A stretch of DNA of 63,122 bases, counting the filler, from Octopus bimaculoides (taxonomy: Eukaryota), in assembly GCF_001194135.2 (NCBI RefSeq). It is 4 parts of 4 records of this genome, joined end to end, with 100 filler letters (N's around TTAATTAATTAA, not from the genome) between each part and the next. Parts side by side here need not be neighbours in the genome. Positions count along the whole stretch, not along the records: positions 57,109 to 63,122 come from NC_068991.1; 3 more parts are not named here. One strand, written 5' to 3'. Below the pieces are notes generated by a model that made no database searches, was not told the origin of the DNA, and was given only the letters and a program-made list of their open reading frames with translations. The position numbers were made by a program, and so were the translations under genes. Positions within the stretch are counted from its first letter, which is position 1. Every line of letters begins with the position of its first letter. Positions 62,471-63,122 of this stretch are shown here, piece by piece.

Positions 62471-63122
62471 GCTGCTTACAGAATAATATGATCTAACCAT
62501 CATACAGCAATGTTTTTCATTTGCAGTCTTCCATGTAAACATCTGGCCACAGGAAAACATCACCTTGTTTGGAAACAGGCGAAGGTTGGTGACAGTAAGA
62601 GTATCCAGCTGTAGAAAAAAATCTGCCTCAAGAAATTCGACCTGATCCAGGTGAGTATAGAAAAGTAGATGTTAAAACTTATGGTAATGATGTTGATGGT
62701 AATGATGACAACAACGATGACAATATGTACAAAACAATACAAGACGATGCGGATCTACCATTTGAAATATTGTCTGTCTTTGTTGTATTGCAAGACATGG
62801 AATGATTTCAGTTGAAATTATTCCAATCAATAAATTGATCTTTCGAATATTGGTTATGAAGAAAAACAAAAACAAACAAAAAAAAAAAAACAATATTTTA
62901 AAGAATTCATTTCTGAGATGTTGTTTTATTTTATTTTATCTTTTTTTTTTATTTATGTATTATCTCTGATGTTTTATTGGTGAGATAAATATTACACAAC
63001 ATAGAAATACATACATGCATTCATCTAAATATATATATATGTATGTAATGTATGTAATGTATGTAATGTATGTATGTATGTATGTATGTATGTATGTATG
63101 TATGTATATATATATATATATA

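Overview
Repeat-saturated, AT-rich eukaryotic DNA with many N gaps. It is most likely an octopus (coleoid cephalopod) draft assembly; this is inferred from the recurring SINE/LINE families and the microsatellite load, not from a database search. No protein-coding host gene could be recognised; only weak candidate exons are reported. The window contains: (i) Tc1/mariner remnants, including a fold-back mariner whose 3' half is replaced by an inverted 5' end, a 226-bp MITE and an internally deleted maT-like element; (ii) a Gypsy RT fragment; (iii) LINE fragments of the RTE, CR1-superfamily, L1/Tx1-like and especially R4/Dong-like (restriction-like endonuclease) types, the last repeatedly embedded in (TAA)n tracts; (iv) more than 15 tRNA-derived SINE copies, including a dimeric SINE with a 17-bp TSD; (v) seven hammerhead-ribozyme-like motifs from three sequence families, in the minimal type-I form typical of Penelope-like elements. 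One hammerhead (28866-28911, minus strand) has an intact core. The most interesting structure is a ~650-bp head-to-head palindrome at 47.4-48.06 kb, where each arm is a Pol III tRNA-like head + (AAT)n + hammerhead module, a candidate SINE/retrozyme-like element. Three 100-bp N44-TTAATTAATTAA-N44 linkers show the window is stitched from four separately assembled pieces. All coordinates were read by eye and element boundaries are approximate unless a TIR or TSD is given.
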